From: an uncultured Eubacteriales bacterium
GTDB lineage: Bacteria > Bacillota > Clostridia > Oscillospirales > CAG-382
Direction of reading: 5' to 3'
Length of the DNA stretch: 28,529 nt
Assembly: GCA_900546385.1 (NCBI GenBank)
Contig: URCT01000020.1
Span: forward strand, 1-28,529
The notes under the pieces were generated by a model. The model saw only the letters and a program-made list of their open reading frames with translations. It ran no database searches and was not told the origin of the DNA. The translations under genes were made by a program, and so were the position numbers. Below, piece by piece: positions 16,360 through 26,135 of this stretch. Positions within the stretch are counted from its first letter, which is position 1. Each line of letters starts with the position of its first letter.

Positions 16360-18084
16360 ATGGACGACAACAAGAATTTTTCCCGTCCCGACCCGGAAAA
16401 CCTCCCTCAAACGCCGAATGCGGACAATGCTTCGGAGGCGGCAGACGATATTGACGATGTCATCAAGATTTTTCACAAAGACAACAGCGATATCCATCTG
16501 CATAAAGAACAGTCCTTTTCGATTCATGCAAGCACTTCGGGTACGCCGACGCCCACTAAGGTGGATTTTGACGCCGTAAAACCGGTTCCGCCGCGTCCGG
16601 TGTCCGATCCTACGCAACGAGCTGTACCGAATGCACCGGATGCTCCGACCGTGCCGAATGTACCGAATATGCCGGGTGCTCCGACCGTGCCGAACCATCC
16701 GAACCGTCCGCCGCAGTCAAATGCACCGCGCGCAAACACGCCGCACGCAAGCATTGCCGCGAACACCGAAACGCCGTATGTCAAACCGGCCTCTTCCGGT
16801 CGACAGACGCCGTCCAAACGTCCCTCCGCCGGCAGCTCCGCAAGGCAAACTGCCGCTCATGCAGTCAGTTTAGACGATTTCAACCGCGGCGAAAACGCAG
16901 CACGCAACGCCAAAAAGCAAAAGAATGACGGAAAAGTCAAGGTTTCTTTCCTCGGCTCGACCTCGTTCGGCGTGGCAAAGCTAATCGTGTATATCGCTTT
17001 TGTAGCACTGTGCTCGCTTTTGATTGTCAACACAGTCGTCAATGTCGGAAACGATGTTTTTGCCTTTGTCAAAAAAGACGCAAACGGCAATTCGGTCGCC
17101 GAGCTGCGCGAAGATATGAACGTTACGGTGACTCTGCCGGAGGGTGCGACCACAGCCGATGTGGCCGAAATCCTAAAAAAGGCCGGTGTTATCAAGTATC
17201 CGAGCGTGTTTGAACAATTCGCCAAGTTCCGCATTTCCAAGCGGTCTTACTTGACCGGCAAGTATTTGACCGGCGAAGTGACCGTCAATCCGCTCATGAA
17301 CTACGATACGCTTATCAACACGCTTTCCGATTACGAACGCAGCCGCAGCGGCACCGTGCGCATCACCTTCCCCGAAGGCCTTACCGTCAAGGAGATCCTC
17401 AAGCTGTTCGAGGAAAACGGTGTCGGCCGGAAGGACGACTTTACCGACGCGCTTCAGAATCATGAATACGATTTCAAATTCTGCAAAAATCTGACCAAGG
17501 AAAAGCTGTCCGAATACCGCTTTGACACCAATTACAGCTACCGGTTAGAGGGCTATCTGTTCCCGGACACCTACGATTTCTATTTGGACGAAAATCCGGT
17601 TTCCGCCATCAACAAGCTTCTTGTCAACTTCAACAAAAAGTTTGAAGAGGAATTCTATGAACGCTGTGACGAGCTTGGCATGACGGTGGATGAAATCATC
17701 ACGCTTGCCTCCATGATCGAAAAAGAGGGCAAAAACGCCGAGGATTACTATATCATTTCCTCCGTTTTCCACAACCGCTTAAAGAACAGCGCAAACTTCC
17801 CGTACCTCAACTCCGACGCGACCTTACAATATGCCCTTACCGAGCGAAGCGGCCCGTACGGACTCGATACCTCCTTTGACCATCCCTACAACACCTACAA
17901 ATACAAGGGTCTGCCGCCCGGACCGATCTGCAATCCCGGCACGGAAGCCATCTATGCCGCCCTCTATCCGGAAAAGACCTCGTATTACTATTTCTATACC
18001 AAGCGCAACGGCGAGACGGTCTACTCCAAGACCTTTGAAGAACATCAAAACTATGTCAACGCCGACAAAGCGACCGCAAACTGA
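16360..18084 (+). CDS. mltG: Endolytic murein transglycosylase MltG (YceG family) with a long Pro-rich N-terminal region
   Basis: One TM helix (LIVYIAFVALCSLLIV). YceG motifs LEGYLFPDTYDF, LASMIEKEG and YNTYKYKGLPPGPICNPG. AGGAG sits upstream of the ATG at 16360. Confidence 0.9.
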   Translation: MDDNKNFSRPDPENLPQTPNADNASEAADDIDDVIKIFHKDNSDIHLHKEQSFSIHASTSGTPTPTKVDFDAVKPVPPRPVSDPTQRAVPNAPDAPTVPNVPNMPGAPTVPNHPNRPPQSNAPRANTPHASIAANTETPYVKPASSGRQTPSKRPSAGSSARQTAAHAVSLDDFNRGENAARNAKKQKNDGKVKVSFLGSTSFGVAKLIVYIAFVALCSLLIVNTVVNVGNDVFAFVKKDANGNSVAELREDMNVTVTLPEGATTADVAEILKKAGVIKYPSVFEQFAKFRISKRSYLTGKYLTGEVTVNPLMNYDTLINTLSDYERSRSGTVRITFPEGLTVKEILKLFEENGVGRKDDFTDALQNHEYDFKFCKNLTKEKLSEYRFDTNYSYRLEGYLFPDTYDFYLDENPVSAINKLLVNFNKKFEEEFYERCDELGMTVDEIITLASMIEKEGKNAEDYYIISSVFHNRLKNSANFPYLNSDATLQYALTERSGPYGLDTSFDHPYNTYKYKGLPPGPICNPGTEAIYAALYPEKTSYYYFYTKRNGETVYSKTFEEHQNYVNADKATAN

Positions 18085-18099
18085 TTTTCACAAAGTCCG

Positions 18100-18146
18100 G
18101 CGGTTCCCGCAAGACAAACCTTCGGGAACCGCTGTTTTGTCTTTTT
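18100..18146 (+). terminator. Intrinsic terminator after mltG
   Basis: 10-bp stem GCGGTTCCCG/CGGGAACCGC (18100-18109/18123-18132) with a 13-nt loop, followed by TGTTTTGTCTTTTT. Confidence 0.75.
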
Positions 18147-18176
18147 GCCTTGTCATGCGCCGAAAGGACGATTGCT

Positions 18177-19430
18177 ATGAACAAAAGACCGGAAATCTTA
18201 GCTCCGGCAGGAAATTTTGAAAAAATGACCTTTGCCGTCCGCTATGGAGCGGATGCCGTGTATGGTGCCGGAAAGGATTTCGGTATGCGCGCCGCGTCCG
18301 AGAATTTTTCGGACGACGAACTGATCCGGGCGGTGAACTACTGCCATGAACGAAACGTGAAATTCTATGTCACGGTCAACATTTTGCCGCACGAAAATGA
18401 GCTGCCGGCTTTGGTCGACTATCTCACCTTTTTGGAAACCCGCGTGAAACCGGATGCCCTCATTGTTTCGGATATGGGCGTGTTTTCGCTTGCCAAAACC
18501 TATGCGCCGCATATCGACTTACATATTTCCACCCAATCCAGCACCGTCAATTCCGAGGCCTGCAAGCTGTATGCCGCAATGGGTGCGACGCGCGTGGTTC
18601 TGGCGCGCGAAATGACGCTTGCCGAAATACGTGCGCTACGAGAAAACATTCCCGAAGACCTCGAGCTTGAAGCCTTTGTTCACGGCGCGATGTGCATATC
18701 CTATTCGGGCAGATGTCTGCTGTCCGGCTTTTTCACCGGGCGCGATGCCAACCACGGCAAATGCGCCCAACCCTGCCGTTGGGAATACACGGAAAGCGAG
18801 AAAGCGGCCGAAGTCTGCGAGATCAAGCGTCCCGACACGCCGCTGTCCCTTGTGGAGGATGCGCGCGGCACGTATATGTTCAGCTCTAAGGATATGTGCA
18901 TGATCGAACATATTCCCGAGCTTGTCGAAGCCGGCATCAACAGCTTCAAAATTGAAGGCCGCGTCAAGAGTGCTTATTACACCGCCGTCACAGCCAACGC
19001 CTACAAAAACGAATTGAACCGGTATCTTGCCGACAAGACGCACTATACCTTCGACGGTGACAGCCTGTATGAGCTTGAAAGCGTCAGCCACCGCGAATAT
19101 GCCACCGGCTTTTTCTTTGACGACTGCACGCAAAATGCGCAGATCACCCAAAACGGCGGCTACTTGCGCGACAAAGCCTTTCTTGCCACCGTTTCGGAGA
19201 TCGACGAAAAAGCCGGCCGTGCGCTTCTTTTGCAGCGCAACAAAGCCTGCGAAGGCGATGTGTGCGAATTGGTTTCGCCCGGCCAAAAATCGGTGCGCTT
19301 TACGCTTGCGGATCTGCGTGACACGGACGGCGAAAAAATCGACTCCGCGCCGCACGCCAAAATGCTCTATTCCGTTAAGATGACTGTTCCCATGAAGGTC
19401 GGCGACATTGTACGCGGCGCAGAAAGATAA
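18177..19430 (+). CDS. Peptidase U32 family protein (RlhA/TrhP-type)
   Basis: N-terminal PEILAPAG and the U32 signature region EAFVHGAMCISYSGRCLLS. The ATG at 18177 is preceded by GAAAGGA. Confidence 0.88.
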   Translation: MNKRPEILAPAGNFEKMTFAVRYGADAVYGAGKDFGMRAASENFSDDELIRAVNYCHERNVKFYVTVNILPHENELPALVDYLTFLETRVKPDALIVSDMGVFSLAKTYAPHIDLHISTQSSTVNSEACKLYAAMGATRVVLAREMTLAEIRALRENIPEDLELEAFVHGAMCISYSGRCLLSGFFTGRDANHGKCAQPCRWEYTESEKAAEVCEIKRPDTPLSLVEDARGTYMFSSKDMCMIEHIPELVEAGINSFKIEGRVKSAYYTAVTANAYKNELNRYLADKTHYTFDGDSLYELESVSHREYATGFFFDDCTQNAQITQNGGYLRDKAFLATVSEIDEKAGRALLLQRNKACEGDVCELVSPGQKSVRFTLADLRDTDGEKIDSAPHAKMLYSVKMTVPMKVGDIVRGAER

Positions 19431-19544
19431 CGGATATTCTGCAATTTTTACCGTATGTTCAAATAAAATACAGACTGCGTATTATACTATATAATAGAAG
19501 AATTATCGCGCAGTGCGTCCTGCAGAACACGGGAGGAAACCATT

Positions 19545-20603
19545 TTGAGCAGCTTTTTATACATTCTTTTGGGAATTTTCATGTTTGGTGTGATCATTTT
19601 CATTCACGAACTCGGCCATTTTTTATGTGCCAAAGCCTTTCATGTCGCCATCGAAGAATTTGCCATCGGCATGGGGCCGAAGCTTTTTTCGCGCGTCGGC
19701 AAGGACGGCGTGCGCTATTCGTTGCGGCTCATCCCCATGGGCGGCTATGTGAGCATGGTCGGGGAGGATGAGGAAAGCGACAATCCGGGTGCGCTCTGCC
19801 GCAAGCCGGTCTGGCAGCGCATGATCATCGTTGCGGCGGGAGCCGTCATGAACCTGCTTTTGGGCTTTGTGCTGATGGGCTTTGCCGTCGGCTTTTCGCC
19901 GGAGATTTATTCGACCACCATTTCCGGCTTCAACGTGGTGGACAATGCCGGAAACCCGGTGCAGACCGAGGAAATCTTAGGCTTACGTGTCGGCGATACC
20001 ATCAAAAAAATCGGCTCGCGAAGCATCCATGTGCGCAGCGATTTCATTTACGAAGTGATGTTTTTGAAGGATACGCCGGTGGATATCACCGTGCGCCGTG
20101 ACGGACAAAACGTCGTTTTGAAGGATGTTTCCTTCCACACCACCTCGGAAAGCGGCGTGACCTTCGGCAATGCCGGGTTTATCCGCACGACTGCCTTGAA
20201 AAAGACAGCTCCCGAAATTGTGCGGCAAGCCGTGTTCCAGTCGTTTTCCACCATCCGAATGCTGTGGACGTCCATCTTGAACACGGTCAAGGGCGAATAC
20301 GGCAAAGAGGCTCTGTCTGGACCGGTCGGCGTGATCGGCGAGGTCAAGGAGACCGTATCGGTTGGCTGGGATGCGTTTCTGTTTCTGGTGGTCATGCTCA
20401 CCATCAACGTCGGCATGGTCAATCTTCTGCCGCTGCCGGCACTCGACGGCGGAAGGCTCTTCTTCATGCTCATTGAACTGATCCGCGGAAAGCCGGTCAA
20501 TCCGAAATATGAGGGCTATGTCCATGCGGCAGGACTTGTGCTGTTAATGGGCTTAATGATTTTTATCACCTACAACGACATTGTACGGATTTTTTTCAAA
20601 TAA
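19545..20603 (+). CDS. rseP: RIP site-2 metalloprotease RseP (M50 family)
   Basis: HELGHF zinc motif in TM1, an internal PDZ-like segment and LLPLPALDGG. The TTG start at 19545 is preceded by GGGAGG. Confidence 0.9.
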   Translation: MSSFLYILLGIFMFGVIIFIHELGHFLCAKAFHVAIEEFAIGMGPKLFSRVGKDGVRYSLRLIPMGGYVSMVGEDEESDNPGALCRKPVWQRMIIVAAGAVMNLLLGFVLMGFAVGFSPEIYSTTISGFNVVDNAGNPVQTEEILGLRVGDTIKKIGSRSIHVRSDFIYEVMFLKDTPVDITVRRDGQNVVLKDVSFHTTSESGVTFGNAGFIRTTALKKTAPEIVRQAVFQSFSTIRMLWTSILNTVKGEYGKEALSGPVGVIGEVKETVSVGWDAFLFLVVMLTINVGMVNLLPLPALDGGRLFFMLIELIRGKPVNPKYEGYVHAAGLVLLMGLMIFITYNDIVRIFFK

Positions 20604-20624
20604 TTTCAGAAAAGAGGAACCGCT

Positions 20625-21698
20625 TTGAGTCATTCGGAATATAAAAACCGCCGCCAAACACGCGAAGTGAAAATCGGAAACGTCACAATCGGCGGAAACG
20701 CTCCCATTGCCATCCAATCCATGACCTTCACCAAAACAAGCGACCGCGAAGCCACGCTTGCCCAAATTTTAGAGCTTGAAAAGGCCGGCTGTGAGATCGT
20801 ACGCTTTTCCGTGCCGGATGAAGCCTGCGCGGCAAGCATTCCGTTTCTGAAAGAACACACGCACGTGCCGCTTGTGGCGGATATCCATTTCAATTACCGG
20901 CTTGCGCTGCTTGCCGCCGAATACGGCATCGATAAAATACGCATCAATCCCGGCAACATCGGCGACAAAGAGCGTGTGCGGCAGGTGGTAGAGGCCTGCA
21001 AAAAGCGGAATATTCCCATTCGTATCGGTGTCAACGGCGGTTCGCTCGAAAAGCACATTCTTGCAAAATACGGTTCTCCCACGCCGAAAGCACTTTGCGA
21101 AAGCGCGTTATACCACGTCGGCTTGCTCGAAGAATTCGATTTTCACGACATTGTCGTTTCAATCAAATCCAGCGACGTGCGCACCACCATCGCCGCGAAC
21201 CGCCTTTTTGCCGAACGCACCGATTACCCGCTTCATTTAGGCGTTACCGAAGCCGGAACCGAGCGTATGGGGTTAATAAAATCCAGCATCGGACTCGGTT
21301 CACTGCTTGCCGACGGCATCGGCGACACCATCCGCGTTTCCCTCTCGGACGACGTGACCAAGGAGGTTGCGGCGGCAAAGGACATTCTGTTTGCGCTCGG
21401 ACTGCGTAACGGCGTGAAGATCGTTTCCTGCCCGACCTGCTCACGCTGCAACATCGGCGTATTTGACGCGGCCAAACGCTTAGAGGAAGCCTTAAAGGAC
21501 AAGCCGTGGAACATGACGGTGGCCGTCATGGGCTGCGCGGTCAACGGACCGGGTGAAGCAAGAGAAGCCGATATCGGCGTTGCCGGCGGCAACGGAAACG
21601 CACTGCTTTTCAAAAAAGGCGAGATCGTGCGTTCCATCGACGCGGATAAAATTTTCGAAACGCTTCTCGAGGAAGCCGAAAAGCTGCATAAAGAGTAA
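20625..21698 (+). CDS. ispG: 4-hydroxy-3-methylbut-2-enyl diphosphate synthase
   Basis: GcpE family features: RINPGNIG, VSCPTCSRC and MGCAVNGPGE (Fe-S Cys ligands). The TTG start at 20625 is preceded by AAGAGGAA. Confidence 0.93.
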   Translation: MSHSEYKNRRQTREVKIGNVTIGGNAPIAIQSMTFTKTSDREATLAQILELEKAGCEIVRFSVPDEACAASIPFLKEHTHVPLVADIHFNYRLALLAAEYGIDKIRINPGNIGDKERVRQVVEACKKRNIPIRIGVNGGSLEKHILAKYGSPTPKALCESALYHVGLLEEFDFHDIVVSIKSSDVRTTIAANRLFAERTDYPLHLGVTEAGTERMGLIKSSIGLGSLLADGIGDTIRVSLSDDVTKEVAAAKDILFALGLRNGVKIVSCPTCSRCNIGVFDAAKRLEEALKDKPWNMTVAVMGCAVNGPGEAREADIGVAGGNGNALLFKKGEIVRSIDADKIFETLLEEAEKLHKE

Positions 21699-21741
21699 GA
21701 AACCAACTGACACGGCAAAAACACGCAAAGGAGCCGGAATC

Positions 21742-24700
21742 ATGGCGATGACCTTTTACGAAAAATTCAAAAAATACGCGCCGACCGACGCCGAGCGTGA
21801 AATACTCGATCACATCACCGCCTTCACGCCCAAGGTGGACGTGGAAAATCGCTATATCAGCGTGTATGCGGATTTTGATGCCTACATACCGCCGCACAAA
21901 TTCGACGCAATCGAACAGAATATCCGCACAACCTATGAGTTAAACTGCATGAGCTTACATCCGTCCTATGTCAACACGGCGTTCGATATCCGCTACATGG
22001 ATGCCGTCTTTTATGAGCTTGCCAAGCTCACAGCACGCGGACTCGGCTTTTTTAACGGCGCCGAAACCGCTCTCGAAGGCGCGGATATCACACTCGGCGA
22101 AAACGAAACCTTACATATTTCCCTCAAAAACGGCGGCAAGGAATTACTCTTGTATTCCGAATGCGACAAGCTGATTTCCGACGTCATCTTCCGGATGTTC
22201 GGCAAACGCTTTGCCATTGATTTTTGCGGCGTTACCAAGCTCAACTACGAGGATTTCATTCCGCCGCCCATGCCGTATGTTGCGCCGCCGCGCTCCAAAG
22301 AAGAGATCGATGCGGAAAATATCGAAAAAGCCGCCGCCATCACAAATTCCGTTTCTTCGGTCGATGTCAAAACCGAAATCGATGCGCTTCATGCCAAAAT
22401 CACGGTCGGCGAAATGTGCTTTGACATTTCGGACATCAAAGATGTCCACGGCCGCATCAAAAGCTTGGATGTCACGCCGCTGCGTGCCCTAACGCTCGAA
22501 TCCGAAAATTTCACAATCTGCGGCGTGGTCTTTTCGTTCCAAAAGAAACTGACGCGCAAAGAGGACCGCTACATCGTGTCGTTCTACGTGACCGACAACG
22601 ATTCGTCGGCGGTGGTCAAATGGATTTACGACGCCGAGCGCGACGCGGACTATGCGTGCATCAAGGATGGAGCCGCCGTCATGCTCCGCGGCAGTATGCA
22701 GATGGATAAATTCGAAAACATCCCGGTCATCCGTCCGTCAGCCATTGCGCTTATCAAACGGCAGAAAAAGACCGATACTGCCGAAAAAAAGCGTGTCGAA
22801 CTGCACCTACACACCACGCTTTCCACCATGGATTCCACCTTTTCGCCGGAGGCTGTGGTCGAAACGGTCTCTCGGTTCGGACATACAGCCGTCGCCATCA
22901 CCGACCACGGCAATTTGCAGGCATATCCCGAAATCATGACCGAAGCCGAAAAGGTCAGCGCCGATTTCAAAATCATTTACGGCATTGAATCCTACTTTGT
23001 GGACGACACCGCCACGGCGGTGTTCGGAAGCGGTGCCGCGCAGATCGATAAAGACACGTTTTGCGTCTTTGATATCGAAACCACCGGTCTTTCGGTCAAG
23101 GACTGCGCCATCACCGAAATCGGTGCGGTGCTGTACCGCGGCGGCGAAATTCTCGACACCTTCGAGAGCTTTGTCAATCCGCATATGCCCATCAGTGCCA
23201 AAATCTCAGAGCTGACCGGCATTACCGACGACATGGTAGCCGACGCGCCGGACATAAGCGAGGTTTTGCCGAAGTTTTTGGCGTTTGCCGGAGAAGCGGT
23301 TTTCGTGGCGCACAATGCGAACTTTGATATCGGCTTTATCCGTCATGCGGCCGAAGAATGCAGTATTCCCTTTGCGCCGACTTTTATCGACACGGTCGCG
23401 CTTTCACGCTATTGCAACGACGATCTGAAAAAGCATACGCTTGACGCGGTGGCCGACTATTTCGGTCTCGGTGATTTCAACCATCACCGCGCATTTGAGG
23501 ATGCGCATATGCTTGCGCTCATTTTTGCAAAGCTGTGCGAAAAGCTTGCCGGAGAGGGCATTCACGACCTTGCCGGCTTAGTCACCGCCATGAGCGGCCA
23601 ATGCGACCCGAAGAAACTAAAGAGCTATCACCAAATTATTTTAGTCAAAAACAAAACCGGCTTAAAAAACCTGTACAAGCTCGTTTCGTATTCCTATCTC
23701 AACTATTTTCACCGCGTGCCGCGCATTCCCAAAACCGTGTTAACTGCTCACCGCGAAGGGCTTATCATCGGCTCGGCCTGTGAGGCGGGCGAGCTGTATC
23801 AAGCCGTGCTTTCGGGCAAACCGTGGAACGAGCTGTGCGACATGGCAAAATTCTACGATTATCTTGAAATCCAACCGCTCGGCAACAACCAATTTATGAT
23901 CGATACGGATATCGTTTCCGGCAAAGAACGGCTCATCGAGATCAATAAGACCATCATCAAGCTCGGCGATGAGCTTGGCATTCCGGTGGTTGCCACCGGC
24001 GACGTGCATTTCAACGAAAAAGCGGACGGCATTTACCGCAAAATCCTGCTTGCCGGTCAGAAATTCAAGGACGCTGACCGCGATATCCCGCTTTATATGC
24101 GCACGACCGAGGAAATGCTTGCCGAATTCGACTACTTAGACCCGGACAAGGCCTATGAAGTGGTCGTCACCAACACCAATCTCATTGCCGACCAAATCGA
24201 AAGCATCCGTCCGATTCCGCCCGGCTCTTTCCCTCCGCACATGGACGGTGCCGAAGAAGAGCTGACAAACAGCTGCTATGAGCTTGCCAAAGAGCTGTAC
24301 GGCGACCCACTTCCGGAAATCGTGGAAAACCGCTTAAAGCGCGAGCTGACGCCGATCATCGACCACGGCTTTGCCGTTTTGTACGTCATTGCGCGCCGCC
24401 TCATCAAGTACAGCGAAAAGAACGGCTATTTGGTCGGTTCGCGCGGCTCGGTCGGTTCGTCGTTTGTTGCGACCATGGCCGGCATCACCGAGGTCAATCC
24501 GCTTGTCCCCCACTATCGCTGCCCGAAATGCAAATACAGCGAATTCATCACCGACGGTTCGGTCGGCTCGGGCTTCGACCTGCCCTCCAAGGCCTGCCCG
24601 AAATGCGGCGAAACCATGATCGGCGACGGGCACGACATTCCGTTTGAGACTTTCTTAGGCTTTAAGGGCGACAAATCGCCGGATATCGATTTGAACTTTT

Positions 24701-26112
24701 CCGGCGATGTGCAGGGCAAGGTGCATAAATACACCGAGGTGCTTTTCGGTGCGGAAAACGTGTTCCGCGCCGGAACGCTCGGCACGCTTGCCGACAAAAA
24801 CGCCTACGGCTATGTCAAACGTTACTTAGAGGAACGGGGACTAACCGTCAACAAAGCCGAGGAACAACGCCTTGCCAACGGCTGCACCGGCGTCAAAAAA
24901 AGCACCGGTCAGCATCCGGGCGGCATTGTGGTTATTCCGAAAGAATACGACGTTTACGACTTTACGCCCGTCCAACACCCGGCCGACGACCCCAAAAGTG
25001 ACATTGTCACCACGCACTTTGCCTTCAAATTCTTGCATGACACGATTTTGAAGCTGGATCTTCTCGGCCATGATGTGCCGACCAAATACAAAATGATGGA
25101 AAAGTTTTCGGGATTAAACGTTCTCGACCTTCCCATGAACGACCCGGAGGTTATGGAGCTTTTCATTTCCACCAAATCCATCGGCGTGGAGCCGGAGGAC
25201 ATCGACAGCGAAGTCGCCACCTTCGGACTTCCCGAATTCGGCACCAAATTCGTGCGGCAGATGATCGTGGAATCCAAGCCCAAGAACTTCACCGACTTAC
25301 TTCAGATTTCCGGCCTTTCGCACGGCACGGACGTGTGGCTCGGCAACGCACAAGAGTTAATCCACAACGGCATCTGCACCATTAGCGAGGTTATCGGAAC
25401 ACGCGACTCCATCATGACCTACTTAATCCACAAGGGACTTGACCCGTCGCTTTCCTTCAACATCATGGAAATCACCCGAAAAGGCAAGGCAAAATCCAAG
25501 CTTACGCCCGAAATGGTGGAGGAAATGAAGCGGCATGACGTGCCGGATTGGTACATCGACAGCTGCTTCAAAATCAAATATATGTTCCCGAAAGCGCACG
25601 CCGTCGCTTACGATATGTCGGCACTGCGCCTCGGCTGGTTCAAGGTGCATATGCCGCAGGTGTTCTATGCGGCGTTCTTATCGGTCGCGCCCGGCGGCTT
25701 TGACGCGGATATCGTCACAAAGGGCAAGGACAACATCAAAGCGGTGCTTCGCGAGATCGAAGCCAAAGGCAAGGACGCTTCGCAGAAAGAAACCGACATG
25801 ATTGCCACGCTTCAATTGTGCAACGAGGCCTGCGCGCGCGGATTTGTCTTCTTGCGGCCGGACATCAAAAAGTCCCACAGCTTCCACTTCTTACCCGAGG
25901 GCGAAAAGGGCATTCGCTGCCCGTTTTCCTCCATGGGCGGACTCGGAGAAGCCGCCGCCGAAAGCCTATACAACGCCTGCCAAGGCGCGGAAATTCTGTC
26001 AGTCGAGGATCTGCGCACACGCGCGCAGGTCTCCAAGGCTGTTATTGAGATTTTGCGCAAAAACGGCGTTTTGGACGAATTAAGCGAAACCAACCAATTG
26101 ACCATGTTTTAA
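21742..26112 (+). CDS. polC: DNA polymerase III PolC-type
   Basis: PHP HLHTTLS, DEDD exonuclease insert (FDIETTGL, AHNANFDIGF, HRAFEDAHM), zinc module CPKCKY...CPKCG, and the LDLLGHD polymerase core. AAGGAG lies 8 nt before the ATG at 21742. The ORF track start at 21553 overlaps ispG. Confidence 0.97.
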   Translation: MAMTFYEKFKKYAPTDAEREILDHITAFTPKVDVENRYISVYADFDAYIPPHKFDAIEQNIRTTYELNCMSLHPSYVNTAFDIRYMDAVFYELAKLTARGLGFFNGAETALEGADITLGENETLHISLKNGGKELLLYSECDKLISDVIFRMFGKRFAIDFCGVTKLNYEDFIPPPMPYVAPPRSKEEIDAENIEKAAAITNSVSSVDVKTEIDALHAKITVGEMCFDISDIKDVHGRIKSLDVTPLRALTLESENFTICGVVFSFQKKLTRKEDRYIVSFYVTDNDSSAVVKWIYDAERDADYACIKDGAAVMLRGSMQMDKFENIPVIRPSAIALIKRQKKTDTAEKKRVELHLHTTLSTMDSTFSPEAVVETVSRFGHTAVAITDHGNLQAYPEIMTEAEKVSADFKIIYGIESYFVDDTATAVFGSGAAQIDKDTFCVFDIETTGLSVKDCAITEIGAVLYRGGEILDTFESFVNPHMPISAKISELTGITDDMVADAPDISEVLPKFLAFAGEAVFVAHNANFDIGFIRHAAEECSIPFAPTFIDTVALSRYCNDDLKKHTLDAVADYFGLGDFNHHRAFEDAHMLALIFAKLCEKLAGEGIHDLAGLVTAMSGQCDPKKLKSYHQIILVKNKTGLKNLYKLVSYSYLNYFHRVPRIPKTVLTAHREGLIIGSACEAGELYQAVLSGKPWNELCDMAKFYDYLEIQPLGNNQFMIDTDIVSGKERLIEINKTIIKLGDELGIPVVATGDVHFNEKADGIYRKILLAGQKFKDADRDIPLYMRTTEEMLAEFDYLDPDKAYEVVVTNTNLIADQIESIRPIPPGSFPPHMDGAEEELTNSCYELAKELYGDPLPEIVENRLKRELTPIIDHGFAVLYVIARRLIKYSEKNGYLVGSRGSVGSSFVATMAGITEVNPLVPHYRCPKCKYSEFITDGSVGSGFDLPSKACPKCGETMIGDGHDIPFETFLGFKGDKSPDIDLNFSGDVQGKVHKYTEVLFGAENVFRAGTLGTLADKNAYGYVKRYLEERGLTVNKAEEQRLANGCTGVKKSTGQHPGGIVVIPKEYDVYDFTPVQHPADDPKSDIVTTHFAFKFLHDTILKLDLLGHDVPTKYKMMEKFSGLNVLDLPMNDPEVMELFISTKSIGVEPEDIDSEVATFGLPEFGTKFVRQMIVESKPKNFTDLLQISGLSHGTDVWLGNAQELIHNGICTISEVIGTRDSIMTYLIHKGLDPSLSFNIMEITRKGKAKSKLTPEMVEEMKRHDVPDWYIDSCFKIKYMFPKAHAVAYDMSALRLGWFKVHMPQVFYAAFLSVAPGGFDADIVTKGKDNIKAVLREIEAKGKDASQKETDMIATLQLCNEACARGFVFLRPDIKKSHSFHFLPEGEKGIRCPFSSMGGLGEAAAESLYNACQGAEILSVEDLRTRAQVSKAVIEILRKNGVLDELSETNQLTMF

Positions 26113-26135
26113 CCCGCCGCCCAAGGAGGTATGCC

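Noticed and set aside
19474-19515. Inverted repeat ACTGCG...CGCAGT around AT-rich TATACT/TATAAT boxes upstream of rseP, as an operator or promoter
   Set aside because: The arms are only 6 bp, and no convincing -35 sits at proper spacing. It is plausible as a promoter region but not supportable from sequence alone.
21553-21741. Upstream extension of the polC ORF overlapping the end of ispG
   Set aside because: The extension is a basic, low-complexity read-through of the ispG 3' end in another frame. A consensus AAGGAG with 8-nt spacing precedes the ATG at 21742, and MAMTFYEKF is a normal PolC N-terminus. The same logic applies to the extended ORF starts at 944, 2268, 3879, 7468, 13679 and 18150.
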